Source: an uncultured delta proteobacterium (GTDB taxonomy: Bacteria; Myxococcota_A; Polyangia; Polyangiales; Polyangiaceae). From it: 64,000 bases of DNA. Position 1 is the stretch's first letter. Every line of letters begins with the position of its first letter. The notes below the pieces were generated by a model. The model did no database searches and was not told the origin of the DNA. It saw only the letters and a program-made list of their open reading frames with translations. Location of the stretch: the NCBI GenBank assembly GCA_963716725.1, contig CAVQUB010000012.1, forward strand, positions 256,001 through 320,000, in the 5' to 3' direction. The position numbers and the translations under genes were made by a program. Positions 28,795 to 38,745 of the stretch are shown piece by piece.

Positions 28795-28871
28795 GCGCGC
28801 AGCATAGTGGGCAACGGGCGCGTCGGTCCACGCACTTGACCGCGCGCGCCGTCGGTCGTTTCGTGGCCCGC

Positions 28872-30416
28872 ATGAACGTCGAGCTGCCCGAGAAGCTCAA
28901 CATCGCTGACCGCTTCCTGTTCGAGCGGGTCCGGGAAGGCCGCGGCGACAAGATTGCGCTGATCGCCGGCGACCGGCGGCTGACCTACGCGGAGGTAGAG
29001 CAGGGCGCGAATCGCTTTGCCAATCTGCTGAAGGAGCTCGGCGTCGACCCCGAGCAGCGCGTCTTGATCGCGCTGCCGGATATCCCGGAGTTCGTTCTCG
29101 CGCTTTTCGGCACCCTGGCCAACGGCTCCGCCGTGGTGATGGTGAACTCGCTGCTCAAGGCCGACGAGATCGCCTACTTCTACGAGTACACCCGGGCGAA
29201 GGTCGCGGTGGTGCACGCCGATCACGCCGAAGCGTTCCTCGCAGCCGGCGTCGGCGCCCGCGACCTGAGGCAGGTGCTCGTGGTGGGCGGCGCTCCGGGC
29301 TCCGGCAAGGCGCGTTCGTTCGAGGAGCTGCTCGCGGCCAGCAGCGATCGCCACGAGACCTACCCGACCCACCGCGACGATCCGGCCATCTGGTTGTTCT
29401 CGGGGGGAACCACCGGGCGCCCGAAGGCCGTGCTCCAGACCCACGGGTCATTCGCAAATACCACGGAACTCTACGCCAAGGGCGTGCTGGGCTACTCCGC
29501 GAGCGACATCACCCTCAGCGTGCCCAAGCTCTATTTTGGCTACGCGACCGGCTCGAACCTGCTGTTCCCGTTCTCGGTCGGCGGGGCGAGCATCCTGTTT
29601 CCGGAACGCTGTACCGCGGACCTGCTCTTCGAACAGATCCGCCGCCATCGGCCGACGATTCTGATCAACGTGCCGACCATGGTGAACAGCATGGTGAGCC
29701 ACGCGGCGGCCAGCGCGCAGGATCTGTCTTGCCTGCGCATCGCGACGTCGGCCGGAGAGGCGCTGCCGGTCGACCTGTACGATCGTTGGAAGAGCACCTT
29801 CGGCGTCGAGTTGCTGGACGGGCTCGGTACCGCGGAGATGTGGCACGTGTTTCTGACGAACCGGCCGGGTGACGTCGCCCCGGGCACCCTTGGCAAGGTC
29901 GTGCCGGGCTTCGATGTGCGCGTGCGCGACGACGACGGTCGCGACCTGCCCGATGGCGAGGTCGGTTGGCTGTGGGTGCGCGGCGGGTCGCGCGCCATTG
30001 CGTACTGGCAGAACATGGAGAAGACGCAGTCTGCCTTCCGCGGCGAGTGGTACGTCTCCGGCGACATGGTCCGCCGCGATGCTCGAGGGAACTTCGTCTA
30101 CTGCGGGCGCGGCGACGACATGCTGAAGGTGGGCGGCAAGTGGCTCTCTCCGGGCGAGGTCGAGAACTGCCTGTCGGCGCATCCGGCGGTCAAGGAGGTC
30201 GCGGTCGTGGGCGTCCCCGACGAGAACGGCTTGGTCAAGCCCCACGCCTACGTCACGGTGCACGAACAGAGCGGAGGCCTCGGCGACGAGTTGCGGGCCT
30301 GGGTGCGCGGGAAGCTCGAGCCGTACAAGGCGCCGCGCGAGATCATCTTCGTCGAGTCGATGCCGCGCACGCACCTCGGCAAAATCGATCGCGGGCTCTT
30401 GCGCCGCGGGAGTTGA
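28872..30416 (+). CDS. Benzoate-CoA ligase family protein
   Basis: FSGGTTGRPK, KLYFGYATG, SAGEALP, DGLGTAE, GRGDDMLKVGG. Confidence 0.88.
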   Translation: MNVELPEKLNIADRFLFERVREGRGDKIALIAGDRRLTYAEVEQGANRFANLLKELGVDPEQRVLIALPDIPEFVLALFGTLANGSAVVMVNSLLKADEIAYFYEYTRAKVAVVHADHAEAFLAAGVGARDLRQVLVVGGAPGSGKARSFEELLAASSDRHETYPTHRDDPAIWLFSGGTTGRPKAVLQTHGSFANTTELYAKGVLGYSASDITLSVPKLYFGYATGSNLLFPFSVGGASILFPERCTADLLFEQIRRHRPTILINVPTMVNSMVSHAAASAQDLSCLRIATSAGEALPVDLYDRWKSTFGVELLDGLGTAEMWHVFLTNRPGDVAPGTLGKVVPGFDVRVRDDDGRDLPDGEVGWLWVRGGSRAIAYWQNMEKTQSAFRGEWYVSGDMVRRDARGNFVYCGRGDDMLKVGGKWLSPGEVENCLSAHPAVKEVAVVGVPDENGLVKPHAYVTVHEQSGGLGDELRAWVRGKLEPYKAPREIIFVESMPRTHLGKIDRGLLRRGS

Positions 30417-30419
30417 GCC

Positions 30420-30794
30420 ATGCCCCGGCTGATTCATCACATCGCGATCGGTGTTCGTGACGTCGAGAGGGTGGCGCGTTTTTACCGTGAGGCATTCGGA
30501 CTCCCGGAGGTCGCGCGACACTTCACCCAGACTGGCGCCCTACGTTCCATCTGGCTCGACAGCGGTCAGACTATCGTGATGGTCGAACGGACCGAAGAGC
30601 CGGCGCGCGAGGTGGCTGGCGTAGGGGTCGGGCCGTTCTTGCTCGCGTTCAGCGTCGAGGCTTCCGAGCGCGAGGCGCTCGAACGCGCACTGGAGCGCGC
30701 GGGTGCCGTCGTCGAACAACGCACCGAGCACAGCTCTTACGCGCGGGATCCCGAAGGCAACCGCGTCGCGATCAGCCACTATCCGAGGCCCTGA
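30420..30794 (+). CDS. VOC/glyoxalase family protein
   Basis: IHHIAIGVRDV..FY, YARDPEGN. Confidence 0.85.
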   Translation: MPRLIHHIAIGVRDVERVARFYREAFGLPEVARHFTQTGALRSIWLDSGQTIVMVERTEEPAREVAGVGVGPFLLAFSVEASEREALERALERAGAVVEQRTEHSSYARDPEGNRVAISHYPRP

Positions 30795-31201
30795 TGGAAA
30801 AGGATCTCAGCGAACTCAACCTGCTCTCGATCTTCTTCTTCGTGATGGCCGCGCTGGCTGCGCTGGCGGGATCGATTCCGGTGGTGCACCTGACCATCGG
30901 ACTGAAGATGGTCTACGACCCGGCGTTCTTGGGGGGTGGGGGCGCCGCGCCGCCCTTCAATCCCGGTTGGGTCTTCGTGGGGGTAGGCGCGCTGATGATC
31001 GTGGTCGGCTGGAGCATGGCGTTCTTGATGGTCTTCACCGGGCTCTCGCTGCGTTCGCAACGCCGGTACTGGCTGTGCTTCGTGGTGGCCTGCATGATTT
31101 GTTTGAACGTGCCCCTGGGCACGGCGCTCGGCGTCTTCACGATCTTGGTGCTCAACCGCGCGTCCGTGAAGGCGCGCTTCGGAGTGGGGCAAGTCGGATA
31201 G
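30794..31201 (+). CDS. Membrane protein
   Basis: Three to four TM segments; CLNVPLGTALGVFTILVL. Confidence 0.75.
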   Translation: MEKDLSELNLLSIFFFVMAALAALAGSIPVVHLTIGLKMVYDPAFLGGGGAAPPFNPGWVFVGVGALMIVVGWSMAFLMVFTGLSLRSQRRYWLCFVVACMICLNVPLGTALGVFTILVLNRASVKARFGVGQVG

Positions 31202-31209
31202 CAGTCTGG

Positions 31210-32223
31210 CTACTTCGAGCCGAAATCCGGGTTCGGCGGCGCCTTTGTCTTCTTCTGTGGCATCGGCTCCTTCTGCTGCTCGAAGTCGATGGAGGAACCC
31301 TTCTCGGGCGCCAGCTTCTTGATCTCGGGCGGCGGGGGCTTCGGTGGGGAGATTGGCTCGAAGCTGTTGCCCTTCATGGGCGCTGTATTTTGCGGCGCAG
31401 GTGCGGGCGGCGCGGCGCTCGACGATGGTTCTGACGGTGGCACGGCGCTGGGCGCCGGCGCGAGGCCGCGTGCCGCGGCGGCGCGGGCTTCTTGGATCGC
31501 CGTCGCCTGGTCGCCCACGGGATCGATGGCCTTCGCTCGGTCCAGCCCTTCGATGCACTTCACGAATTCTCCGGATTGGCAGCCCTCGAGGGCGACGCGG
31601 CGAAGTTCGCGGACCTTTTCGTCAGGCGGAACCTCCCGCGCGATCTCTTCGGGGATCGCCTGGTCGCGAGTCTGGAGCCACGCCCAAATCGCCAGGCCGG
31701 CCAACGTGATCGTGGCGGCCGCAGCCAACTGCGCGGCCCAGCGCGAGCGGAAGTATTTGCGCATGCGCGACACACGCTGCCGTACCCGCGGCGCGGGCAG
31801 CTCGGCTTCCTCGGCGATGTGCTCGAGCTTCTCGCCGTCGCCTTCACGCAACATCCACTCCAACGTGCTCTTGGCGTCGTCGGCCTCGGGCAGCTCTTCT
31901 TCTGCCCAGCGCAACAGATCGCGCGCGCTCATCGGTGCGCTCTCCGCGGCTGCCTCGTCGGCGACTCGTTCTCGGGGCAGCTCCCTGCCGCCGCGCCGGT
32001 GAACGTCGACGACTTTGTGCTTCGCGATGCCAAATACCCAACGTCGGAGCTCCTCGGCCTCTTCGGGGGCATCGCGAGCGGCGAAGGCGTCGGCGAGCGT
32101 GGCTTGAACCACGTCCTCCACGTCGGACTCGGCGACGCGACCTCGAATGAAACGCACGAGGCCCGATCGGAGCTCGGGCGCGGACAGAAGGGCTCCACGG
32201 GCGGGGGTCGCGGGCATGGCCAT
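31210..32223 (-). CDS. ECF sigma factor fused to a TM helix and an extracytoplasmic domain
   Basis: Sigma2 DVEDVVQATL..WVFGIAKHKVVD; sigma4 LEHIAEE..RVRQRVSRMR; then TM and Cys/Pro-rich tail; start likely 32223 or 32217. Confidence 0.75.
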   Translation of the reverse strand: MAMPATPARGALLSAPELRSGLVRFIRGRVAESDVEDVVQATLADAFAARDAPEEAEELRRWVFGIAKHKVVDVHRRGGRELPRERVADEAAAESAPMSARDLLRWAEEELPEADDAKSTLEWMLREGDGEKLEHIAEEAELPAPRVRQRVSRMRKYFRSRWAAQLAAAATITLAGLAIWAWLQTRDQAIPEEIAREVPPDEKVRELRRVALEGCQSGEFVKCIEGLDRAKAIDPVGDQATAIQEARAAAARGLAPAPSAVPPSEPSSSAAPPAPAPQNTAPMKGNSFEPISPPKPPPPEIKKLAPEKGSSIDFEQQKEPMPQKKTKAPPNPDFGSK

Positions 32224-32317
32224 CGGTGATGATCCTGGGCTGGCATCGCCGGTGGAAGGATTTCTGTGACGGCTAGCGGCGGCGGTGGCGTAAGCTATGG
32301 AGGTCCCGAGGGATTTC

Positions 32318-33025
32318 ATGCCTCGCCGCTCCGCGCCGCCCCTCGCCGCTGCCCTCCGTCGGGCCCTCCGTCGGGTCGCCGACCCCGAGCGGGCCCTCGC
32401 CATGCAGGCCTACATGAAGTCGGCGATGCCTTTCCTCGGGGTGGGCAGCCCGCCGCGCCGCGCCGCGGTCCGAACCTGCCTCGCCAATCATCCCGTGCAC
32501 GATGCTGCCGAGCTTCAGCGCGTGGTCATCGACCTGTGGGACAGGGCGCGCTTCCGCGAGCAGCGCTACGCGGCCATCGACGTCCTGCTGCACGCGCGTC
32601 ATCGGCGGTTCGTGTCCTACCGGAGCCTGCCCTTGATCGAGAAGCTCGTTACCGAAGGAGCGTGGTGGGACTTCGTGGACGGACTCGCGGCGCACGGCCT
32701 GGGCGGCTTGTTGCGCGATGAGCCCGCGAAGATGAAACGGGTGCTGCACCGCTGGTCCCGCGCCAGAGGTCTTTGGAAGCGGCGCGCGGCTCTGTTGGCT
32801 CAGCTTCGCTTCGGCGCCGACATCGATCTCGATCTCTTGTACTCGTGCATCGATGATAACCTCCAGCACCACGACTTCTTCATCCAGAAGGCCATTGGGT
32901 GGGCCCTGCGAAGCCACGCTTGGACGGATCCGAAGGCAGTGCGTCGTCACGTCGCAAGTCTCGGTGCGAGACTGTCCCCGCTCGCTCGGCGCGAGGCGCT
33001 GAAGAACGTCGGAGACAAACCATGA
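32318..33025 (+). CDS. DNA alkylation repair protein (AlkD-like)
   Basis: AMQAYMKS.MPFLGV, WWDFVD, LWKRR, FFIQKAIGWALR, REALK. Confidence 0.88.
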   Translation: MPRRSAPPLAAALRRALRRVADPERALAMQAYMKSAMPFLGVGSPPRRAAVRTCLANHPVHDAAELQRVVIDLWDRARFREQRYAAIDVLLHARHRRFVSYRSLPLIEKLVTEGAWWDFVDGLAAHGLGGLLRDEPAKMKRVLHRWSRARGLWKRRAALLAQLRFGADIDLDLLYSCIDDNLQHHDFFIQKAIGWALRSHAWTDPKAVRRHVASLGARLSPLARREALKNVGDKP

Positions 33026-34287
33026 CCTCTGCCCCGAAGGACGAGTGGCTGGTCGAGCAACTGGTCGTTGGCGGCGACGGCATGGCGCGTCTCGTTGACG
33101 GTCGCGTGGGCTTCGCGACGGGGGCGTTTCCAGGCGACCGCCTGCGCGCCGAGCGCGTCACGAATCACAAGACCTGGGTACGCGCCGACGAGTGGACCTT
33201 GCTCGCGCCGTCGCCCGACCGGGTGGCTCCGCCCTGTCCTGTGGCCAATGAGTGTGGCGGTTGCGACTGGATGGCGCTGTCTCGGTCGGCCCAGTTGCTG
33301 GGCAAGGCGTCCCTGGTTCGCCAAGCGTTGCGCCGCGCGGGTGGGCTCCAGGACCTGCCCGAGGAGGTGCCCGTTCGCAGCGAGGGGCCGGACCTCGGCT
33401 ATCGGAATCGACTTCGCCTGCACGTCGATCGCGGCGGGCGCGTCGGCATGTTCGCCCGCGCGTCCCACGACTTGGTGGAGATCCCCAGTTGCGCCGTGAG
33501 CGATCCCAGCGCCAGCCGAGCGCTACAACGGATCCGCGAGCTCGCCCCGCCGGGTGCCCTCGCGCGCTGGAAGGAGATCGAGATCCGGGTCGCGCCGATC
33601 GGTCCTCCGGTGTCTGTGTGGCTCATGCCGCGCGAGCAACGCGCAGCGACGGCGCACGAGCGAGAATTGCTCGCCTCGTTCAACGGCGAGTGGCTCGCAG
33701 TGGAAGCTGGCACCGCAGGCGAGGACCAGCGCTGGCCGTTGCCGGGCGAGGTGGAGCTCCGGGTGCCACCGGGCGGATTCGTGCAGGTCAACTCCGCGGT
33801 CAACTTCGACCTCGTGTCGGAGCTCTTGGTCGGCGTGAAGCAACGCGGCATCTCCACCTTCATCGAGCTGTACGCCGGCGCCGGAAATTTCACCCTGCCG
33901 CTGCTGCGCGCTGGGCTTCGTGGGGTCGCCATCGAGCGAGCCGGAGCCAGCATTCGCGCAGCCCGACGTGCGGCCCGAGCCCAAGACCTGAGCGACGATG
34001 CGTTCGTCGCAGGTGATGGGCCCCGCGAACTCCTGCGTCGAGGCAAGCCTGCGCCCGATCTCGTGCTGCTCGATCCGCCGCGCACGGGCGCGCGGGATGC
34101 CGTCGATCCGCTGCTTCGGGCGGCGCCCCGCTTCATCGCGTTCTGCGCCTGCGATCCGGCCACGTTGGCCCGCGACGTGAAGGCCCTTTCCACCGGTTAT
34201 TCGCTGGAGTCCGTCACGGCCTTCGACATGTTCCCCCACACGCACCACGTCGAAACGCTGCTCTGGCTTCGACGGAACGAACCCTAG
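33022..34287 (+). CDS. rlmD: 23S rRNA (uracil-C5)-methyltransferase, RlmD/TrmA family
   Basis: TRAM-like N-terminus, CPVANECGGC Fe-S motif, YRNR, FVQVN, ELYAGAGNF, LDPPRTG, DMFPHTHHVE; ATGA overlap. Confidence 0.85.
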   Translation: MTSAPKDEWLVEQLVVGGDGMARLVDGRVGFATGAFPGDRLRAERVTNHKTWVRADEWTLLAPSPDRVAPPCPVANECGGCDWMALSRSAQLLGKASLVRQALRRAGGLQDLPEEVPVRSEGPDLGYRNRLRLHVDRGGRVGMFARASHDLVEIPSCAVSDPSASRALQRIRELAPPGALARWKEIEIRVAPIGPPVSVWLMPREQRAATAHERELLASFNGEWLAVEAGTAGEDQRWPLPGEVELRVPPGGFVQVNSAVNFDLVSELLVGVKQRGISTFIELYAGAGNFTLPLLRAGLRGVAIERAGASIRAARRAARAQDLSDDAFVAGDGPRELLRRGKPAPDLVLLDPPRTGARDAVDPLLRAAPRFIAFCACDPATLARDVKALSTGYSLESVTAFDMFPHTHHVETLLWLRRNEP

Positions 34288-34336
34288 CCTCCGAGCGGTC
34301 GACGAAGCGCGTCGTCTCGGGCACTATGCGCCCCCC

Positions 34337-36001
34337 ATGTCCACCTGGCGTACGCATCCGGACCACGAGAACAAAGGCTGGCCGCCTGGAGTTCCGTTCA
34401 TCATCGGCAACGAAGGTTGCGAGCGCTTCAGCTTCTACGGCATGCGCTCGATCCTGACCTTGTACATGGCGGACGTCCTGTACAAGAGCCACCCGATGTT
34501 CGAGTCCGCGCCGAAGGACTTCGCCAAGGCGCACTATCACCTCTTCGTCGCCGCCGTGTACGCCTTCCCGATGATCGGGGCGATCTTGGCCGATCGCCTG
34601 ATCGGCAAATACCGGACGATTTTCTGGCTCTCGCTGGTCTACACCGCGGGCCACGGCGTCTTGGCCGTCGGCGAAGGATCGGTGTGGGGGCTCTGGCTCG
34701 GACTCGGCCTCATCGCCGTGGGATCCGGCGGCATCAAGCCTTGTGTCTCGGCGAACGTCGGTGACCAGTTCGGTCGCGGCAATTGGCATCGAGTGCGCAC
34801 CGTCTACCAGGCGTTCTACTTCATCATCAATTTCGGAAGCTTCTTCGCCACTTTGATGATCCCCTGGCTGTGGAAGCGTTGGGGCATCAGTGTCGCCTTC
34901 GGTGTTCCCGGGATCTTGATGGCGATTGCCACATTCGTGTTCTGGCTCGGCCGCGCCAAGTTCGTTCACATTCCAGCCAAGCCCGCCGGCAAGCTCGGCC
35001 TGCTCGATACCTTGAGCTCGACGGCTCTGTTCATGGGCGTCGGTCACTTGTTCTTCACGGCGGCGCAGCCGGGGTGGGTGCAGGTCACGACCAGCATCGT
35101 CATGGTGGGGATCGGCCTGGCGCTCTTCGAAATCCGCCAGAAAATCGAGCCCGACGACGGCTTTTTGGCCGTGCTGTGGTTCTCCGTGAAGCGCTACTTC
35201 GGGGGCGGCGGCGCCACGAAAGCGGCGAGCTCCGAGGAGCCCGTCGCGGACGCGCCCGAGGTGACCGACGAGGTGCGCGCACGGCGGAAGAAGCTGACCG
35301 CGAGCCGGTTTTTCGGGCCGGCGGTCAAACACTTCGGAATGTCCACCGTGGAGGGCCCCGTCGCGGTGCTGGGCATCATGACGGTGTTCTTCTTGGTCAG
35401 CATCTTCTGGGCGCTCTTCGACCAGCACGGATCGTCCTGGGTGATCCAGGCGAAGGCCATGGACCTCCATGTTCCGCTCTTTGGCGCCGATCCCATCGAT
35501 CCGCAGCAGGTGGCCGCATTGAACCCGCTGATGGTGATGGCGCTGATCCCCTTCGTGAACTACGCGCTCTATCCCGGCGTCGAGAAGCTCGGCTTCAAGG
35601 CGACTCCGCTCCGGCGCATGACCGCTGGCATGCTGGTGGCGGCGGGGTCGTTCGTCGCGGTGGCGTTGATCCAGCAGCGCATCGACGTCTTGGGGCCCGG
35701 CAAGGTCGCCATCGAGTGGCAGTTGGTTCCGTACCTGATCATCACCTTGGCCGAGGTCATGGTCTCCATCACCGGCCTCGAGTTCGCCTACACGCAGGCG
35801 CCAAAGCGCATGAAGAGCACTATCATGGGCTTCTGGCTCTTGACCGTGGCAGCGGGCAACGTGCTGGTGTCGGTGATCGCGAAGATCAAGCTGCCCGAAG
35901 CGCAGTTCTTCTGGGTGTTCGCCGGGCTGATGGCGGGCGCCGGCTTGCTGTTCGGGATCCGCGCCTACTTCTTCAAGCAGCAGGACTTCATCCAGGACTG
36001 A
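34337..36001 (+). CDS. POT/PTR2 proton-dependent oligopeptide transporter
   Basis: GNEGCERFSFYGMR, GGIKPCVSANVGDQF, FYFIINFGS, GLEFAYTQAPKRMKS. Confidence 0.92.
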   Translation: MSTWRTHPDHENKGWPPGVPFIIGNEGCERFSFYGMRSILTLYMADVLYKSHPMFESAPKDFAKAHYHLFVAAVYAFPMIGAILADRLIGKYRTIFWLSLVYTAGHGVLAVGEGSVWGLWLGLGLIAVGSGGIKPCVSANVGDQFGRGNWHRVRTVYQAFYFIINFGSFFATLMIPWLWKRWGISVAFGVPGILMAIATFVFWLGRAKFVHIPAKPAGKLGLLDTLSSTALFMGVGHLFFTAAQPGWVQVTTSIVMVGIGLALFEIRQKIEPDDGFLAVLWFSVKRYFGGGGATKAASSEEPVADAPEVTDEVRARRKKLTASRFFGPAVKHFGMSTVEGPVAVLGIMTVFFLVSIFWALFDQHGSSWVIQAKAMDLHVPLFGADPIDPQQVAALNPLMVMALIPFVNYALYPGVEKLGFKATPLRRMTAGMLVAAGSFVAVALIQQRIDVLGPGKVAIEWQLVPYLIITLAEVMVSITGLEFAYTQAPKRMKSTIMGFWLLTVAAGNVLVSVIAKIKLPEAQFFWVFAGLMAGAGLLFGIRAYFFKQQDFIQD

Positions 36002-36031
36002 GGCGCGTTGGCGCGGCTGCTCGCGGTCTCG

Positions 36032-36973
36032 TCAGGGCGTCCGCACTCGGCGAGGATCCGCGAGCAAGGACTCCGCGAAGGCCCAGATCAAGTCGACTGC
36101 CGGGTGTCCCGCGTCGGGCGCCAACGCAGCCCGGGCGTCGGCGACGTCGCGCAGCACGGCCTCGAGCGTGCGATCCACGGCGGTCGTGTCGAGCACGGCC
36201 TCGCCGAGCAAGCGCGCGCTGTCGGCGGTCACCGGCAAATTGCTCCAGGTTTCGGCGAAGCGCGCTGCGAGCGCGGGCTGCTGTTCGCAGGCCAAGAGCA
36301 CCGGTAGGGACGGGTTCCGTTCCTTGATGTCGCCGTAGCGGTCCTGATTCTGATCGACGAGATCCCCGAGGTCGTCTTGCATCTGGAAGGCCATGCCCAG
36401 GCTGCGCGACGCAGACTCGAAGCGACGCGCCCGCGGCAGGTCACCCGAGAGGATGCCGGCTGCGAAGCCGCACAAACCGAACAGAGCAGCGGTCTTGCCC
36501 ATGGCGACCTCGCGCCAGCCGCTGGCCGACAGGGAGGCGTCGCCGCGCACCTCGACCTCACGCACCGCGGCCCGGGACATCTCGGCCACGACCTCGGCGG
36601 CGCGTGTGCTCAGGGCCTGCGGGTAGCGCGCCAGTCGCACGAGAGATCGCGACAGCAGGTGATCGCCCGCGAGTACCGCGACCACGTTTCCGTGACGGGC
36701 GTTGACGGTCGGCAAGCCACGACGGAGCTCACCCTCGTCCACGACGTCGTCGTGCAAGAGACTCGCCGAGTGGATCAACTCGACCGCCACGGCCGCATCG
36801 ACCAGAGCGTCGTGGGGTGAACCCGCGACCTGCCCCAAGAGCAGCACCAGTTGCGGACGCGCGCGCTTGGCACCGTGAGTGATGCAGAGGTGTCGCTCCG
36901 CTGCTTTGAGCAAGCCCGTCGACGGCCCGTCGAGCTCCCGATCGAGCTCGCGCTCGATCTCCCCCAAGTCCAC
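36032..36973 (-). CDS. Polyprenyl diphosphate synthase
   Basis: AKRARP, ELIHSASLLHDDVVD..RRG (FARM), KTA, FQMQDDLGD (SARM). Confidence 0.9.
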   Translation of the reverse strand: MDLGEIERELDRELDGPSTGLLKAAERHLCITHGAKRARPQLVLLLGQVAGSPHDALVDAAVAVELIHSASLLHDDVVDEGELRRGLPTVNARHGNVVAVLAGDHLLSRSLVRLARYPQALSTRAAEVVAEMSRAAVREVEVRGDASLSASGWREVAMGKTAALFGLCGFAAGILSGDLPRARRFESASRSLGMAFQMQDDLGDLVDQNQDRYGDIKERNPSLPVLLACEQQPALAARFAETWSNLPVTADSARLLGEAVLDTTAVDRTLEAVLRDVADARAALAPDAGHPAVDLIWAFAESLLADPRRVRTP

Positions 36974-37098
36974 CCGCTCGCGAGCGGCGGCCCGTAGCCG
37001 TATCGACGGCGCCCATGCTCATTTTCGGCGGTTTAGTTCAAGATTGGTTGAACTGCAAGGAACGCCTGGTCGCGGACGCCCGAGCGCGGCGCCGCCGA

Positions 37099-37578
37099 TC
37101 AGTCCGGGCCGCGCTGCCGTCGGCCGAGCTTCTTCCGAAGTCGTTCCAGAGCGGCAAAAAGCTTGGCCTGCTCTTTGGGACTGATGAGCCTCGCGATTTC
37201 GTCCATCTCTTGGTCACGTAGCGCGTTGAGCTTCTTCTGAGTCGAGCGAAAGCCGTCGACGCCCTTCTTGTACCGGGCTTCGTCACTGCTGTCGCTCTGC
37301 AGGAGGTCCCTCAGGTCCCGGCGGTACTGGCGGTGCTGTGTCTGCAGCTTGCTGCGCTCGGTTTGATGCTTGGCGAGGACCTTCATCACCGCCTCGGACT
37401 TCTTCTCGTCCAGCCCCACCTCTTGTCGCAGGACCTTGGACACCACCTGCTTCTGACGCTGCTCGACCTTCGCGCGCTTGTCGTCGCCCTTCTTGCCTTC
37501 GGCCTGGGCGGGCAAGACGAACAGCACCAACGAAAGCGCGATCAGACCGCTGACCAGAGATACGAGCCTCGGTTTCAT
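37099..37578 (-). CDS. Spy/CpxP-like periplasmic helical protein
   Basis: Signal peptide ending AQA; all-helical and basic; LISPKEQAK resembles the LTPEQ motif. Confidence 0.7.
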   Translation of the reverse strand: MKPRLVSLVSGLIALSLVLFVLPAQAEGKKGDDKRAKVEQRQKQVVSKVLRQEVGLDEKKSEAVMKVLAKHQTERSKLQTQHRQYRRDLRDLLQSDSSDEARYKKGVDGFRSTQKKLNALRDQEMDEIARLISPKEQAKLFAALERLRKKLGRRQRGPD

Positions 37579-38043
37579 CCTTCCTCCAGGTAGGAGTCCG
37601 CTGCGGCCAGCCAGCGGTCGAGATCCTGATCGTCGGCGTCATCCAGGGGAGCGGCGAGCACGTCCATGCTCGGACCATCGTCCGCCCCAGCCAAGTCCGG
37701 CACGACGATCTCCGCGTCGTCGGGCGCGGGCTCGATGGCTGGTGCCGGGCTCGGCGCTACGTTGGCCACGGACGGTGCGGTCAGCGATGCGTTGGCGGTG
37801 CTGGGCAGCAAGGCCGAGCCGCCGTCGCTCTTGTCACCGCGGAGGACAACCACCGCGAAGAAGCCGGCCGCGATGGCCAAAAATGGAGCCCAGATGAGCC
37901 ACACGGAGCGGCGACGGCGAGCGGGCACGTCTGCGGATCGAGCGCGCAGCTTGGTGAGCTGAGCGCCGGTGGGCGCTTCGCTGGTGGCGTCGAAGAGCGC
38001 TCTGAGGTCGCTCTCGGTTGCGATCGTGATCGAAGTCGGTCAT
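37575..38043 (-). pseudogene. Putative anti-sigma factor (single TM), apparent +1 frameshift near 38022
   Basis: ATG 38043 (ATGA overlap, GGAGG RBS) gives MTDFDHD, then the sensible continuation ATESDLRALFDAT..TM (VWLIWAPFLAIAAGFFAVVVL) lies one base out of frame. Confidence 0.55.
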
Positions 38044-38669
38044 GCCTCCTCCAAAGTCTTCTCTTCCGTCACGAGATCGGCAAGCTGTTCGCGGAGCTCT
38101 TTCAGGGCCATGTGCACCAGCACGCGGGCCGAGCCTTCCGTGGTCCCGACGGCTTGGGCGATCTCAGCGTACGAAAGCTCGGCGTCGAGTCGGAGCATGG
38201 CTACCGCGCGACGCTTGTCCGGCAGCCCAGCCAGCGCCCGGCGCACTCGTTGGGCAGCCTGGTGCGCGCGCGCCAAGTCGGCTGGATCGGGCTGACCGTT
38301 CGGCGCTTCGGAGCCGTCTTCGCGCGTCCGCCGGCGGCGTTCGCCACGGATCAGCGTCTGCGCCCGGCGGACCGCGTAGGCGGCGAGGAAGGCCCGAAAC
38401 GAGGTGCCAGGCTCGTAGCCGGAGAGCCGCTCGAAGGCCAACGTCAACGCTTCCTGCACGGCGTCTTCGGCGAGCGTTCGGTCCCCGCAAGCGCGGGCGG
38501 CGATGCGGTACAGCACCGCCAGATGAGGCTCGACCAAGCTGGCGAAGGCTCTCCCGTCGCCGGAGAGCGCGCGGGTGATGAGCTCGTGCTCGAGCGACAC
38601 GGCTCGGAGCTTTTCATCGGTCGGGGTCGCGCCGGTCACGAAAACGCTGGGGCAGAAGGATTGGGCCAC
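38040..38669 (-). CDS. ECF (sigma-24) RNA polymerase sigma factor
   Basis: GDGRAFASLV, AEDAVQEAL, LPDKRRAV..LSYAEIA..GSARVLVHMA; start could be GTG 38639 or 38600. Confidence 0.9.
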   Translation of the reverse strand: MAQSFCPSVFVTGATPTDEKLRAVSLEHELITRALSGDGRAFASLVEPHLAVLYRIAARACGDRTLAEDAVQEALTLAFERLSGYEPGTSFRAFLAAYAVRRAQTLIRGERRRRTREDGSEAPNGQPDPADLARAHQAAQRVRRALAGLPDKRRAVAMLRLDAELSYAEIAQAVGTTEGSARVLVHMALKELREQLADLVTEEKTLEEA

Positions 38670-38745
38670 TCGACCTGGAGAATGCCGCTGGCTGGGGTCC
38701 CGTTAGAGCTGCCTCGCCAAGGGCTTGGAACTACGGGAGATTCTC

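Noticed and set aside
28872..30416. NRPS/PKS biosynthetic cluster around the adenylate-forming enzymes
   Set aside because: Stand-alone CoA ligases; no carrier, condensation or ketosynthase domains in the window
32351..32374. 12-bp tandem repeat GCCCTCCGTCGG x2
   Set aside because: Only two copies, in frame, encoding ALRR-ALRR within the AlkD-like gene
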